From an uncultured Alphaproteobacteria bacterium (GTDB lineage Bacteria; Electryoneota; RPQS01), in assembly GCA_964406405.1 (NCBI GenBank), contig CAYORN010000004.1:1-64000 (forward strand): a stretch of DNA of 64,000 nucleotides, in the 5' to 3' direction. Shown piece by piece: positions 27,331-37,465 of the stretch. The first letter of the stretch is position 1; each line of letters begins with the position of its first letter. The position numbers and the translations under genes were made by a program. The notes below the pieces were generated by a model. That model was not told where the DNA came from, did no database searches, and saw nothing but the letters and a program-made list of their open reading frames with translations.

Positions 27331-29405
27331 GATTCATTCACGATTTGTGCCGCTTCCTTCGGTGATACACTCTCGCGTTCTATCCTATCACGTCCTACGG
27401 TGCTGTCCAATATTTCGATCGGCAAATACTTCGCATGCAAGCGTCGCAGATACTCGAGACCTGCTTCTTTATCTGGTGTATAGTCCCCGAGTTCCTTTCG
27501 GAAAAACTCCAACCTGGACCTGCAGTTCAATATTAATTCGCTCCATGTTCTGGTCCAAATTTTTAGCTTCAGTTCACCATGTTCAAATAGAACACCCTCG
27601 GGTCTGTTCGGTTGTCGGCACTCCTCCTTCACCACGTCGTCCATGTCAGACGAAAGAACCCAGAATATCCATTGAGTCTGAAGATGACGAAACCTTTCAT
27701 CCTTGGCGATAGCCATAGCATATTGCTTCATTTGCGTCGCCGCTTTGGAATCTATCTTTTGAGCGGGCTTCTTCAATTCAACAACAAGATGCACCAATTG
27801 TGTGACGTCAGGCTGCGGGATCTTCCGCGACAGCATCAAATCGACGATGCCCTTCTTGCCATCTGGCCTTACTACATCACTATTGTCCTCAAGCGGTTCT
27901 CCAAGCAGTTCGTAGTGTTTGACCAACACTTCATTTAGCGAACGGTCTGGAACGGAAAGGTGAAATTCCTCCCCAAATATCCAAGTCTGTTCTTCAAGAA
28001 TCTTCTGGAGATGAGCGCGTTCACGGACGAACTTTTTGACATCGGGATCAAACACAAGTGTTTCAAGGCCACTCAAGAATTCAAGTCGATCAGCTACGAG
28101 CTTCGATGCATTAATGATAGCAGCCAGCGAAGTCTTCTCTATCAAGTCAGCCAATTCGTCAAGCTTTTCAGGCGATAGTTCCAAGACTTCATTTACGATT
28201 CTTCGCATCGCTTCTGGACTCTCCGTGAGAACCTCTTTCAGAAGTCGAAACGAAAATTGTTTAGATTTCTTGTCGCTTTCTTCAAAACCGGGCAGATATG
28301 TGTTGACGTTCAGGGCAACTACGTCAAACACCTGTCGCTCCGCCTCCTCGACAATGCTCATCGCCGGTCCCACGTACGGATAGATATTGTTCTGCTTCCA
28401 TTCTTCCACAACTGCAGCGGCGTTTTGTGAGGCCTTGGCTCGGAAGTGCTCGCGGAGTTTATCCTTTGCTTGGTTAATGAGTTGGGCAGTGTCTGGATGA
28501 ATGTCCTCCAACATTAGCAAATCGTTGTCATACATTTGTCTCACAAAGTCTGACTTAACGTAGGCTGCAAAACTAAAACCGGGGGCCTGAATCCCGGGGC
28601 TTGTCTGCATTAACGACAGCCCGGCCTCATCGCACAGATGTAAGAAACGTTGCTTGTCGGTTTTCCATTCGATGATTTGGAGTTTAGCGGTGATGGAGCC
28701 GCCTTCCTCTATGTCTATTGGGACAAGATCATATTCAGTCGATGTTTCGACGGCAGCAATGGGATCAAGCTTGTGCTCATTGTAGTAGATATCAATATCG
28801 GGATAAGACATCAAGTAGATTGCGAAGCAATCCGAAAGTTGATCAACGGCACCGTCAGATAACAACTGCGTTGACGCCCGAGAACTGATATTGTCGATAG
28901 TAACTGTCGTGCCCATCCGCTTATCGTTAGTGGCTGGCAGTGCGGACAATTGGAACGTGCCAAGACTGCTTGCCGAACCCTTGACCGAAAACGCAAAATA
29001 AGCGTCGCAGTCGGAATAGTGTGTTTCCCATCGTGCACCCGAACCAAGAGAGAAAACAGAAAAACGACCTTGTCCGGCTTTCCCGTGAAGAGGGCGCTTT
29101 CGCCGTTTAGTGACACGTTCACTGTTCTTCCAAGAGCCACCCAAATTACTGAAAGCTGCATCGGCCTCGCCATAGGGTATGCCATGGCCGTTGTCGCTGA
29201 TGACTAGTGATTCGACAGCTCCCAACGCGCCAACGGAGAGCATGACACGAATGTCGGTTGCGTCCGCATCTAGGGCATTCCAGATAAGTTCCTCAACCGC
29301 AGAAAGGGGACGTTTAGTAGATCCGAGATGCCGAAGAAAATCAGGCTTGACTTCTACGTGAATGGTCCGACTGATCGGTAGTCCGCCACTTGCTTGAGTT
29401 GCCAT
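27327..29405 (-). CDS. GHKL-superfamily (HATPase_c/MORC-like) ATPase fused to a C-terminal region with a PD-(D/E)xK-like nuclease motif; low-GC horizontally acquired gene, candidate defence protein
   Basis: Bergerat-fold motifs ELIWNALDADA (motif I) and ISDNGHGIP (motif II); C-terminal ..GIVDLMLS...LVHLVVELKKP (D...ExK); GC ~45-50% against ~62% in flanking genes. Confidence 0.6.
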   Translation of the reverse strand: MATQASGGLPISRTIHVEVKPDFLRHLGSTKRPLSAVEELIWNALDADATDIRVMLSVGALGAVESLVISDNGHGIPYGEADAAFSNLGGSWKNSERVTKRRKRPLHGKAGQGRFSVFSLGSGARWETHYSDCDAYFAFSVKGSASSLGTFQLSALPATNDKRMGTTVTIDNISSRASTQLLSDGAVDQLSDCFAIYLMSYPDIDIYYNEHKLDPIAAVETSTEYDLVPIDIEEGGSITAKLQIIEWKTDKQRFLHLCDEAGLSLMQTSPGIQAPGFSFAAYVKSDFVRQMYDNDLLMLEDIHPDTAQLINQAKDKLREHFRAKASQNAAAVVEEWKQNNIYPYVGPAMSIVEEAERQVFDVVALNVNTYLPGFEESDKKSKQFSFRLLKEVLTESPEAMRRIVNEVLELSPEKLDELADLIEKTSLAAIINASKLVADRLEFLSGLETLVFDPDVKKFVRERAHLQKILEEQTWIFGEEFHLSVPDRSLNEVLVKHYELLGEPLEDNSDVVRPDGKKGIVDLMLSRKIPQPDVTQLVHLVVELKKPAQKIDSKAATQMKQYAMAIAKDERFRHLQTQWIFWVLSSDMDDVVKEECRQPNRPEGVLFEHGELKLKIWTRTWSELILNCRSRLEFFRKELGDYTPDKEAGLEYLRRLHAKYLPIEILDSTVGRDRIERESVSPKEAAQIVNES

Positions 29406-29435
29406 GTTTACCTCTATCTGCTTGCGTTGCCTTGC

Positions 29436-31490
29436 TTACCGCATCCACCGGTCAAACCACTCCGCAATCGCTTCGAGACGGATCACGCGGCGATCCGGGC
29501 GGCCGCCGCGGGAAAGGCCGTGAAACTCCTCTGGGAAGCGCAGGAACTCCACGGTGCGCCGGCGAATCTTGAGCTGGGCATACAACTGTTCCGCCTGTTC
29601 GATCGGACAGCGCAAATCGCCCTCATTATGCATAATCAAGAGCGGCGTGTGCATCGAGTCCACATAGGAAATCGGCGACATGGCCTTGTAGCCCTCGGGA
29701 TTCTCCCATTCGTAGCCGCCGAACTCGTAATTGTCGAGATAACCGATATCCGACGTGCCGACAAATGAGTGCAGATCTACTACCGAGCGCTGCGTCACGG
29801 CGGCTTGGAAGCGCTGGGTCTTGCCGATCGCGATATTCGTCAAATAGCCGCCGTATGAGCCGCCGGTTACGCCGATGCGCTTCTTGTCCACGAAAGGCTG
29901 CTTTTCCAAGAGGTCGGCCGCGGCCATCAGGTCGTCAAAATCTACGGTGCCCCATTTCGCCGTTATAGCGCCGGCGAAATCCTTTCCATAGCCCTGCGAG
30001 CCGCGCGGGTTGGTAAACACCACTACATATCCCTGCGCCGCGAGATACTGCATTTCATGGAAGAACACGCGCCCATATTGCGTGCGTGGGCCGCCGTGAA
30101 TTTCAATAATCGCCGGATACTTCTTCCCGGCCTTGAAATCCGGCGGCGTGATAATCCAGCCATGCAGCGGCGTTCCGTCGCCCGATTTGAAACGCAGTTC
30201 GCGCACTTTGCCCGATTGATGCGCTTGTACATACTCGTCGTTGAAGCGCAGCAGCTCGCGGAAGACCGGTCGCGTAGCGCTTACATTGGCGCAATGATGA
30301 ATCGAACCCAGCGTATGCCAGTCGGCATGAATCACCGCCATGCCTTGCCCTTGCACATCCATCAGCGCGACCTGCCCTGCTGCTGACCAGACGCGTTTCG
30401 GAGTGCCTCCATTCAAGCCGACGCGGCCGACATAGGTATCGCCTTCACTGCTGATCTGGTAATACAAATGTCCGCTGTCGCCGCTGAAGAAAAGTTGCGG
30501 CGACCCGAGCCCGAAGCCCAGATCGCCGATAGTAAGGTCGTAGGCCTGGCGGTCGAATTGCGGCGTGAGATTGCGTTCCTGGCCGGTCCTCATATCTACG
30601 AGAAATGGACGCAGCGGCTCCACGCCCCAGGCATCACGGATGTTGTGGTGCCCGATGTACGCCAGATACTTGCCGTCCGGGCTGAAGGCCACCGCTTCCT
30701 TTGCACCATAATCGAGATCGAGCGACCTGCGCGCTCCTGTTTTCAGATTCAACAGGTAGATCTGCAAGTGGTACGGGTGCAAATCGAGTTCGCGATGTGC
30801 GTTCATGACGAAAGCGACCGTGTTGCCGTCCGGCGAAACATCGAACGGCGCTTCCACGTCCACTTTGCCGCGCGTGAGCTGAGTGACGGAGTTGTCCTTC
30901 AGATTCACGAGGAAGAGGTGATAGCGCTCATCGGGGAAGAAGCCGTCGCCGTCCAGGCGGTAGAACAGACGGGTCACGCGGCGCGCGGCGGGGGCGCTTG
31001 AGGGCGGCTCTTTGCCTTCCTTGATGGCCTTCTCCGCCTCCTCATCGCGATCGGCCTTGCGGAAGCGCGCTAGAATCGCTTTGTCTCGCTTCGCCCACTT
31101 GATCGCGGCGATGCTGCCGCGCGCGTGGAAGACGCATTCCGGCGCGCCGCCCTCGCGCGAAATCACATAGATCTTGTCTTCACCTTTTTCCGCGCGCAGA
31201 AAGGCTAATTTTGAGCCGTCCGCCGACCAGACCGGCGAACGGTCGCTGTTTTCGCCGAACGTCCACTGCCGCGATTGCTTCGTGCGCAGATCGAGCACGT
31301 GCAGATTGGCAAAGTACTTCTGCTTCTCGTAATCGCACCACTGCTCGGTGTAGGCCAGCAGGGTACCGTCCGGATTCAGCGCCAGCGAGCGCGGCAAGCG
31401 AAACTGCGCAAAGTCCTTCGCCTGCACATGGAGCTTTCTACCAGCAGCCCGTCGAGAGTTCTTTTTCAAGTGTTCAGTCTCGCGTTTCAA
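29436..31490 (-). CDS. S9-family serine peptidase (prolyl oligopeptidase/acylaminoacyl-peptidase-like): N-terminal beta-propeller plus alpha/beta-hydrolase domain
   Basis: ...GVTGGSYGGYLT... nucleophile elbow, C-terminal D/H; 684 aa. Confidence 0.8.
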   Translation of the reverse strand: MKRETEHLKKNSRRAAGRKLHVQAKDFAQFRLPRSLALNPDGTLLAYTEQWCDYEKQKYFANLHVLDLRTKQSRQWTFGENSDRSPVWSADGSKLAFLRAEKGEDKIYVISREGGAPECVFHARGSIAAIKWAKRDKAILARFRKADRDEEAEKAIKEGKEPPSSAPAARRVTRLFYRLDGDGFFPDERYHLFLVNLKDNSVTQLTRGKVDVEAPFDVSPDGNTVAFVMNAHRELDLHPYHLQIYLLNLKTGARRSLDLDYGAKEAVAFSPDGKYLAYIGHHNIRDAWGVEPLRPFLVDMRTGQERNLTPQFDRQAYDLTIGDLGFGLGSPQLFFSGDSGHLYYQISSEGDTYVGRVGLNGGTPKRVWSAAGQVALMDVQGQGMAVIHADWHTLGSIHHCANVSATRPVFRELLRFNDEYVQAHQSGKVRELRFKSGDGTPLHGWIITPPDFKAGKKYPAIIEIHGGPRTQYGRVFFHEMQYLAAQGYVVVFTNPRGSQGYGKDFAGAITAKWGTVDFDDLMAAADLLEKQPFVDKKRIGVTGGSYGGYLTNIAIGKTQRFQAAVTQRSVVDLHSFVGTSDIGYLDNYEFGGYEWENPEGYKAMSPISYVDSMHTPLLIMHNEGDLRCPIEQAEQLYAQLKIRRRTVEFLRFPEEFHGLSRGGRPDRRVIRLEAIAEWFDRWMR

Positions 31491-31498
31491 GTTCGTAC

Positions 31499-32272
31499 TT
31501 AGCCCCGCCCGGTGGTCCGGTGAACCAGTGTCCTGATCATGTAAAGAATGCCCGAGGCCTCGGACTCCTGCAGCATCCGCGCAAGGAACGGATGCGTCAT
31601 GAAGAAGTAGAACAGCAGCGATGATAACGGCAGGCCGATCAGCGTGAAATAGGCGCGATGGCGGTGCTCAAGTTTATCCGGAGCGCCAAGTTCATGCAGA
31701 AAGGCCCACGTCCGCTCGTCTTCGTATTCCTCGTCGGTAAGGGTAAGCGCCTGATAACTCCACATCAGCGAGACAGGAATGAAGAAGAGGAAGACCGAGC
31801 CGGGAAAAGCGCGCTGCCAGCCATCCGTGCCGAGAAACGCCAGCACAAGCGGAATGCCGAGCAGGAGACCGATGATGGTGAGTTTTCGGTACTGCTTGAT
31901 CATTATCCGCTCGCGGCGGAGAATCTTCGGCGCTCCCAACAGCAGCGGGAGAAAAATCCGGCCGATCAGTGCGGCGAACATCGCGATCCAGAAGAGCGAG
32001 ATCGCAAACCAGATAGGGCGGCGATCAATGAAGTTCAACATATCCGCATTGCCGAGAGCCTGCGCGATCATTGCATAGAGGACAGTGACGACCAGGAGGA
32101 GAAAGAACCAGAAGCTCGTGCTGCGGTCTTCAAACCACGAGCCGAGTGCCGTGCGGTCCTGATTGCCGCTCCGCCGGCGAAACGGGCGAAAGCAAAACGA
32201 GCACCTCGTGCGGAGTCGTTTTTTGAAGGGAATTCGTTTGAGACAATGGGGGCAGTGCTTGGGGGATAACAT
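31499..32272 (-). CDS. hypothetical membrane protein with N-terminal Cys4 zinc-ribbon-like motif
   Basis: CPHCLKRIPF...CSFCFRPF followed by ~6 TM segments. Confidence 0.45.
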   Translation of the reverse strand: MLSPKHCPHCLKRIPFKKRLRTRCSFCFRPFRRRSGNQDRTALGSWFEDRSTSFWFFLLLVVTVLYAMIAQALGNADMLNFIDRRPIWFAISLFWIAMFAALIGRIFLPLLLGAPKILRRERIMIKQYRKLTIIGLLLGIPLVLAFLGTDGWQRAFPGSVFLFFIPVSLMWSYQALTLTDEEYEDERTWAFLHELGAPDKLEHRHRAYFTLIGLPLSSLLFYFFMTHPFLARMLQESEASGILYMIRTLVHRTTGRG

Positions 32273-32645
32273 GGCGCTCCGGTGGGCTTTGAGAGGACGT
32301 ACTGAGGAAATGACAATATATATCGCACGCCATGAAGATGCAAGACCACAAAACGGCGACTGAGCCGGATCGACCAGAGGAGAGAATCCACACTGTGGAG
32401 AGGCGTTCGCTGATTGACGAGACTTACGGCTCGCCAGCTACAACCGAAGAACCAGACATGATTCTGCGAATTTGGCAGACGAGTCAGTCAATATGGCTTA
32501 CGTAACAGACAATATGACAGGCAAGCATATCATTCTTAATATGTAAATAATTTATTTTTAGTTATTTATATCACTGGCATATACGTTGCCAATGGACAAT
32601 GTGCAGGGTTCGAAGTAAGAAATCAAACTATCGGAGACACAAACC

Positions 32646-33104
32646 ATGACTATCACCCGTTGGAGACCTTCTCGCGAAATGCGTTCTTGCAACGCCTTGT
32701 TCGATTACTCGCCGATGTCGCGAATGCTGGAGGAGTTCTTCGGCACGGATCGGGGCGAGGGCGCGATGTTCTGGGGACCGAATGTGGACATCGTGAATAA
32801 CGCGGACAGCTACGAAATCCTGGCGGAGCTGCCCGGCGTGCGCCCGGAGGACGTGAAGATTTCGCTCAACAACAACGTGCTCACCATCAGCGGCGAGAAA
32901 AAGCAGGAGTTCAAGGAGGATCAGGAGACCAACGTGATCCGTACGGAGCGCTGCTACGGCCGCTTCGAACGCAGCTTCAGCCTGCCCACCACGGTGCAGT
33001 CTGACAAGGTGCGTGCGACATTCGACCACGGCGTACTGCGGATCATCCTGCCCAAGGCCGAGCAGGCGAAGTCCCGCCAGATCAACATCGAAACAATCAA
33101 GTAA
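32646..33104 (+). CDS. Hsp20/alpha-crystallin family small heat-shock protein
   Basis: ...PNVDIVNNADSYEILAELPGVRPEDVKISLNNNVLTISGEKK....ERCYGRFERSFSLP...DHGVLRIILPKAE; preceded by an AT-rich promoter region 32480..32640. Confidence 0.9.
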   Translation: MTITRWRPSREMRSCNALFDYSPMSRMLEEFFGTDRGEGAMFWGPNVDIVNNADSYEILAELPGVRPEDVKISLNNNVLTISGEKKQEFKEDQETNVIRTERCYGRFERSFSLPTTVQSDKVRATFDHGVLRIILPKAEQAKSRQINIETIK

Positions 33105-33132
33105 TCTCGCGGGAGCAAACGAGCCAAACGAA

Positions 33133-33169
33133 GCGCGGAGCCGTCATCGGCTCCGCGCTTCCTTTCTTC
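33133..33169. terminator. terminator hairpin between convergent hsp20 and CDS 33186..34622 (GCGCGGAGCC-gtcatc-GGCTCCGCGC then TTCCTTTCTTC)
   Basis: 10-bp perfect stem; T-rich tract on plus strand. Confidence 0.6.
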
Positions 33170-33185
33170 ATCCTATTGAAATGCG

Positions 33186-34622
33186 CTACTTCAGGTAGAC
33201 GAGCTTTTTAACTTTCATTGCTCCCCCCGCCTCGATGCCTACGAGATAGATTCCGCTACTCACACCCGGGCTCCACGTTACGGAATGTGCCCCGGCACTC
33301 TGCCGGCTATCTTGCAGAACGGCGACTTTTTCTCCTAACAGGTTAAAGATGCTCACGCGCACCTCTGCCGATGATGACAGCTCATAGCGAATGGTAACGG
33401 TGCTATTGAAGGGATTCGGGTAGGTGGAAAGAGTGTGGTCTTGCGGTGACAGAACAACATTCCTTTCGGAAACAGCGGTCTCAACATCTTGTTCAATTCG
33501 AATGACGTAGAAATCATAGCTTCCTGCGTAGCTGGATCCACTGTGGCCAGCGACAAAGTAGTCGAGATTTGGCGCGAGTTGAACGGCCATTGCTCTCACA
33601 TCCGAGTCAGTTCCGAGGATTCTAGTCCATAGTGTATCCCCGATCACATTGGTCCTGACCACATACGACTTTGTTCCGCCAACTTGAAAGGACTGCGTCC
33701 AGCCCACCACAATGAAACCGCTGTCCGGCGTTTGCAGAATGCTCGATGGCCAATCGTTGTATTCGCCTCCGTATGTTCTGTCCCACAAAGTGTTACCGTC
33801 ATCATCGGTTCGAATCAGCCAGAAATCCGCGCTGTTATAATTGGCATACGTTGAGATCTGTCCAGACAGCATGTAACCACCCCCAGCGACGGGAGTGACA
33901 CCGTTCAGATCGTCGTCACCTGCGCCTCCAAAGGTACGGCTCCAGAGGGTGTCGCCGTTTTCATCCGCGCGCAGGATGATTCCATCGCGGTTAGCCCATT
34001 CCACATTAGTCGAACCGACAAACAAATACCCTCCGCCGGTCACAGGAATGGCGTCATAGACATTGTCGTTGTAAGGCCAGCCGTAGCGCCGACACCACTC
34101 TTCATGGCTGAGGGAGTCGGTCTTGACAACATAGATGTCGCCCAATCCTGCACCCAATCCCCAAGAAGTGCCGGAGACAACGTACCCTCCATCGGGAGTG
34201 GCGGCGATGTCACTAGCGATCTCCCAAGAGCCGCCGTCATACTCTTCTCGCCACTCCATTAATCCTGTAGAGTCCAGCTTCATGGTAAACATGTCTCCGT
34301 CAGTTCCGCCCCGATACACCCACCCCGCGATCATCCATCCTCCATTGTGTGCGGCAACGACATCCTCGGCCACATCACGGTCTTCGGTGCCATATATCCC
34401 CGTCCACAATGTGTCGCCAGCAACGTCAATTCGCAGAGCATAAATGTCATAATCAGGATAATTTCCGGTGGTGCCGACAACAATCAATCCACCGTCGTTT
34501 ATGGACAAAGCCGTGTGCGCTTCTTGATCCAGATTCCTGCTGTATATTCTCGTCCAGACCGTGTCTGGCGGCTGCGCAAAGGCACAAGTCATCAAAAAAA
34601 GAGTAGTGAGTAAGCGAATCAT
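33186..34622 (-). CDS. secreted beta-propeller-repeat protein with T9SS C-terminal domain (paralog of 22427..23893)
   Basis: same W..iYG....D......DGG repeat; C-terminus ...YPNPFNSTVTIRYELSSSAEVRVSIFNLLGEKV...GIYLVGIEAGGAMKVKKLVYLK. Confidence 0.75.
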   Translation of the reverse strand: MIRLLTTLFLMTCAFAQPPDTVWTRIYSRNLDQEAHTALSINDGGLIVVGTTGNYPDYDIYALRIDVAGDTLWTGIYGTEDRDVAEDVVAAHNGGWMIAGWVYRGGTDGDMFTMKLDSTGLMEWREEYDGGSWEIASDIAATPDGGYVVSGTSWGLGAGLGDIYVVKTDSLSHEEWCRRYGWPYNDNVYDAIPVTGGGYLFVGSTNVEWANRDGIILRADENGDTLWSRTFGGAGDDDLNGVTPVAGGGYMLSGQISTYANYNSADFWLIRTDDDGNTLWDRTYGGEYNDWPSSILQTPDSGFIVVGWTQSFQVGGTKSYVVRTNVIGDTLWTRILGTDSDVRAMAVQLAPNLDYFVAGHSGSSYAGSYDFYVIRIEQDVETAVSERNVVLSPQDHTLSTYPNPFNSTVTIRYELSSSAEVRVSIFNLLGEKVAVLQDSRQSAGAHSVTWSPGVSSGIYLVGIEAGGAMKVKKLVYLK

Positions 34623-34629
34623 GGTTACC

Positions 34630-36039
34630 TCACTTCAGGATGACGAGTTTCTGCGTTACGGTGCCCGTGACGGTCTCCAGCCGCGCAAAGTGAATGCCCG
34701 AGCTGAGCTGCTCGGCGGAGTAGCGAATCGTGTGCGGCCCAGCGGCCAGCCTTCCATTAACCAGCTCGCCCACTTTGCGTCCAAGGATATCATAAAGAAC
34801 GAGCGATACAATCCCCGACTGCGGCAATGTAAAGGAAATCTGCGTAGCAGCGTTGAAGGGATTGGGATAGGCGGAAAGAGTGAATGCTGAGGGATAGAAG
34901 GCGAGATCATCCGCCGATTGGTCGGTGACGGTGAAGCGCACCAAGTGATAGCGCGGCGGACTTGCGTAATCCAGCGCGAGGGCCAGATATCCTCCGGATG
35001 GGTGGGGAATAATGTCCAACATGCGGCTATAGACTTCTTCCGCACCCGCTTCAGGCCACCATGTTGTCATCGCCTCCGGCACACGAATGACGGTGGCACC
35101 CAATTCGGTATGGACGGCGCCGAGGATTCCGCCGTTAGCGTGAGGGCAGAGAGCATCAAAGAAGCAGGTGTCCGCATCGCTGAAGAACGGTAGAAATACG
35201 CGCTCGCTGTCTTCGTAACTCCTGAGAAATAATTGGCGCGGACTATGATAGGTTATGCCAATCGTCCACAGGTCACCGTCGGTCGTTTCAACTGCGTCGT
35301 AAACCCGCACCGAATCCCAATGCGCAATTGGCACGAGGTGATCTTGGTGTCCGGTCTCCGGGTTCAGCATTCCGGTGAAATAGGCGCCGTCGCCCGGCAA
35401 GCCCGACATCCCCACGTACACCAGACCATGCTCAGACGTCATTCGTAATGAGTAGAAGCCATTCCAATTATCCATCATGTAGGGCAAGACTTCGTTCTCC
35501 CACGCGATCGTGCCCGTCGTGAGATCAATTCCGGTCATCATCCCGGCGGGCGCAAAGGAGCCGTACGGATTTAAATCCGCAAAGTACGCCCGATTCTCAT
35601 GCATTGTCCCGAGACTGGCCAGTCGCTCGGGCATCAGCCACTGTTGAGTCCACGATGAACTGCCGTCGAGATCGAAGTAGCTGACCCGAAATGACCCGCC
35701 CACTGAATCCCACGGGATCAGTGCACTCCATTCAACGACGTATGCCGAGTCGGTGGTCTTGACATCTAGAACTGCCGCAATTTCTTCCTCCGCCGAATCA
35801 TCCCGCAGAATCTCGTTCCAGATGAACTGGCCAGTTGACGTGTCGAGCACGGCGAAATATCCTGCCATTGGCCAGTATCCTTCATGCGATCCCCACATCG
35901 CAACGCGACCCTCTCCGCCCTCGCCAAGACGCTGAAAATGACGATTGGATACGGAGGAATCCAATTCGACGTCCTGCAGAATCTGAATCTGCGAGAAGCC
36001 CGACGTCGCAAGAATGAGGACACAAAGCAAGAAGATCAT
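34630..36039 (-). CDS. secreted protein with T9SS C-terminal sorting domain
   Basis: C-terminus ..AYPNPFNAATQISFTLPQSGIVSLVLYDILGRKV...GIHFARLETVTGTVTQKLVILK; signal peptide. Confidence 0.7.
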   Translation of the reverse strand: MIFLLCVLILATSGFSQIQILQDVELDSSVSNRHFQRLGEGGEGRVAMWGSHEGYWPMAGYFAVLDTSTGQFIWNEILRDDSAEEEIAAVLDVKTTDSAYVVEWSALIPWDSVGGSFRVSYFDLDGSSSWTQQWLMPERLASLGTMHENRAYFADLNPYGSFAPAGMMTGIDLTTGTIAWENEVLPYMMDNWNGFYSLRMTSEHGLVYVGMSGLPGDGAYFTGMLNPETGHQDHLVPIAHWDSVRVYDAVETTDGDLWTIGITYHSPRQLFLRSYEDSERVFLPFFSDADTCFFDALCPHANGGILGAVHTELGATVIRVPEAMTTWWPEAGAEEVYSRMLDIIPHPSGGYLALALDYASPPRYHLVRFTVTDQSADDLAFYPSAFTLSAYPNPFNAATQISFTLPQSGIVSLVLYDILGRKVGELVNGRLAAGPHTIRYSAEQLSSGIHFARLETVTGTVTQKLVILK

Positions 36040-36046
36040 GTTTCCC

Positions 36047-37314
36047 TCACTTCAGGATGACAAGTTTCTGCGTGCCCGCGGTCATCGCGGTCTCGAGCCG
36101 CGCCAGGTAGATTCCCGAGCTGAGATGCTCGGCGGAATAGTGAATTGTGTGATCTCCGGCAGTGAATCGTCCGGCGGCAATCTCTTCAACTTCGCGTCCT
36201 AACACATCGAACAGCCTCAAGGAAATCTCTTCGGCTCGCACAGCGAGAACGAGAGCGTGGTTTGCGCATTGAACGGATTTGGATAGGCAGAAAGGATGAA
36301 GGATGAAGGCGGAAGGATGAAAGGATCCTCTGCCGCGTTACCGCCCATCGGTGCAAGTCCAGTCGTGTCTCCCGGCTCGCGCCAAAACTGCCCGTTGCAT
36401 TCATATACAATGACCCACGGAATGTGATCCTCCCCGATTTCGGCCAACCCTCCTATGACAAAGAGGGAATCCCACATGTCGAACGGAATCGTACGATCCA
36501 TCCCGAAATTCAAATGGTAGTCTATTATTGGCTCTTCCGGCCCGACCGCAAAATCGAAGACTCCATACGGTGTCGTTGTGTCCGGCCCGCACAAGTCAAA
36601 CATGGCGATGCCCTTGAGTTCAATTCGCTGAAGATTCTGTAATCCAGCGGTCCCGCTCGTATCCAAGGTGTGACACATTAGGCTGAGAAAACCCTGCGTG
36701 CCGCCAAATCCGCCATGCCCGCTTCCGGGGTCCCGCCAAAGCGTGTCCGCCAGATAATTCACAATAATCATCGGCTGCGCCGCGTAGCTGAACAGCCCGC
36801 CGGTCACGCCGACCTCGCTCCCGTTCGTAGGACGATCTACGTAAGGCGGGTCGTACCATGAGGGACCGAAGCAAAGGCGATAATCGCCGGACTGGTCTCC
36901 GTTGACATCTGCGAAGTACCAAGGCAGCTCATGCTCCTCGTTGGGAGGCTCGACGATGGCGACTCCGTACGTATAGAGTTGAGTCAAGTCGTCACCGATC
37001 GGCGGCGACAGCGCGAGAATCAAACTGGCCGTGTCATCCTGAACTACCGATCGGCTCTCAAAAGCAAAGCCATGCGTCATGCACATGGCTGTGAAATAAT
37101 AGGTGCCGTCTTCCAAATCTGTCCATTCGAACGAGCCATCGGTGCCTGTCTCCGCGCTCGAGTGGAACGGCGGGAGATAACAATCGAGTCGCACCACCGC
37201 GCCCATGGCCGGGTCGCCGTTGGCGCAGGTCACGGTTCCAAGAATGTGTCCGGTCGGCTGCGCCCATGCACAACTCGCCAAGAGCAAAATTGCCATCGCC
37301 GTCTGTCGAAGCAT
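36047..37314 (-). pseudogene. T9SS cargo gene (CarboxypepD_reg-like N-terminus) interrupted by a 1-nt frameshift inside the C-terminal sorting domain
   Basis: ORF 36217..37314 ends ..AYPNPFNAQTTLSFSL then a stop. The rest of the CTD (ISLRLFDVLGREV...GIYLARLETAMTAGTQKLVILK) continues in the -1 frame as ORF 36047..36241. Heptad DNA repeat ggatgaa x4 at ~36290..36325. Confidence 0.65.
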
Positions 37315-37465
37315 TTTGGCACCTCAAGCTAAGAGAACAGAACGACTAAAAGTGGAGATGCCGCGACGGAGCTGTCTCCGCCGCGGCACCCCCTTGGTCC
37401 ATGTGCGTGTTTCAGGCTAAACCCCGCCGCCCGCAACCGGGCGGAAGGCGATCAGGAAGTCGAAG

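Noticed and set aside
36047-36241. 64-aa ORF as an independent small T9SS-CTD gene
   Set aside because: It is the out-of-frame continuation of the sorting domain of 36217..37314.
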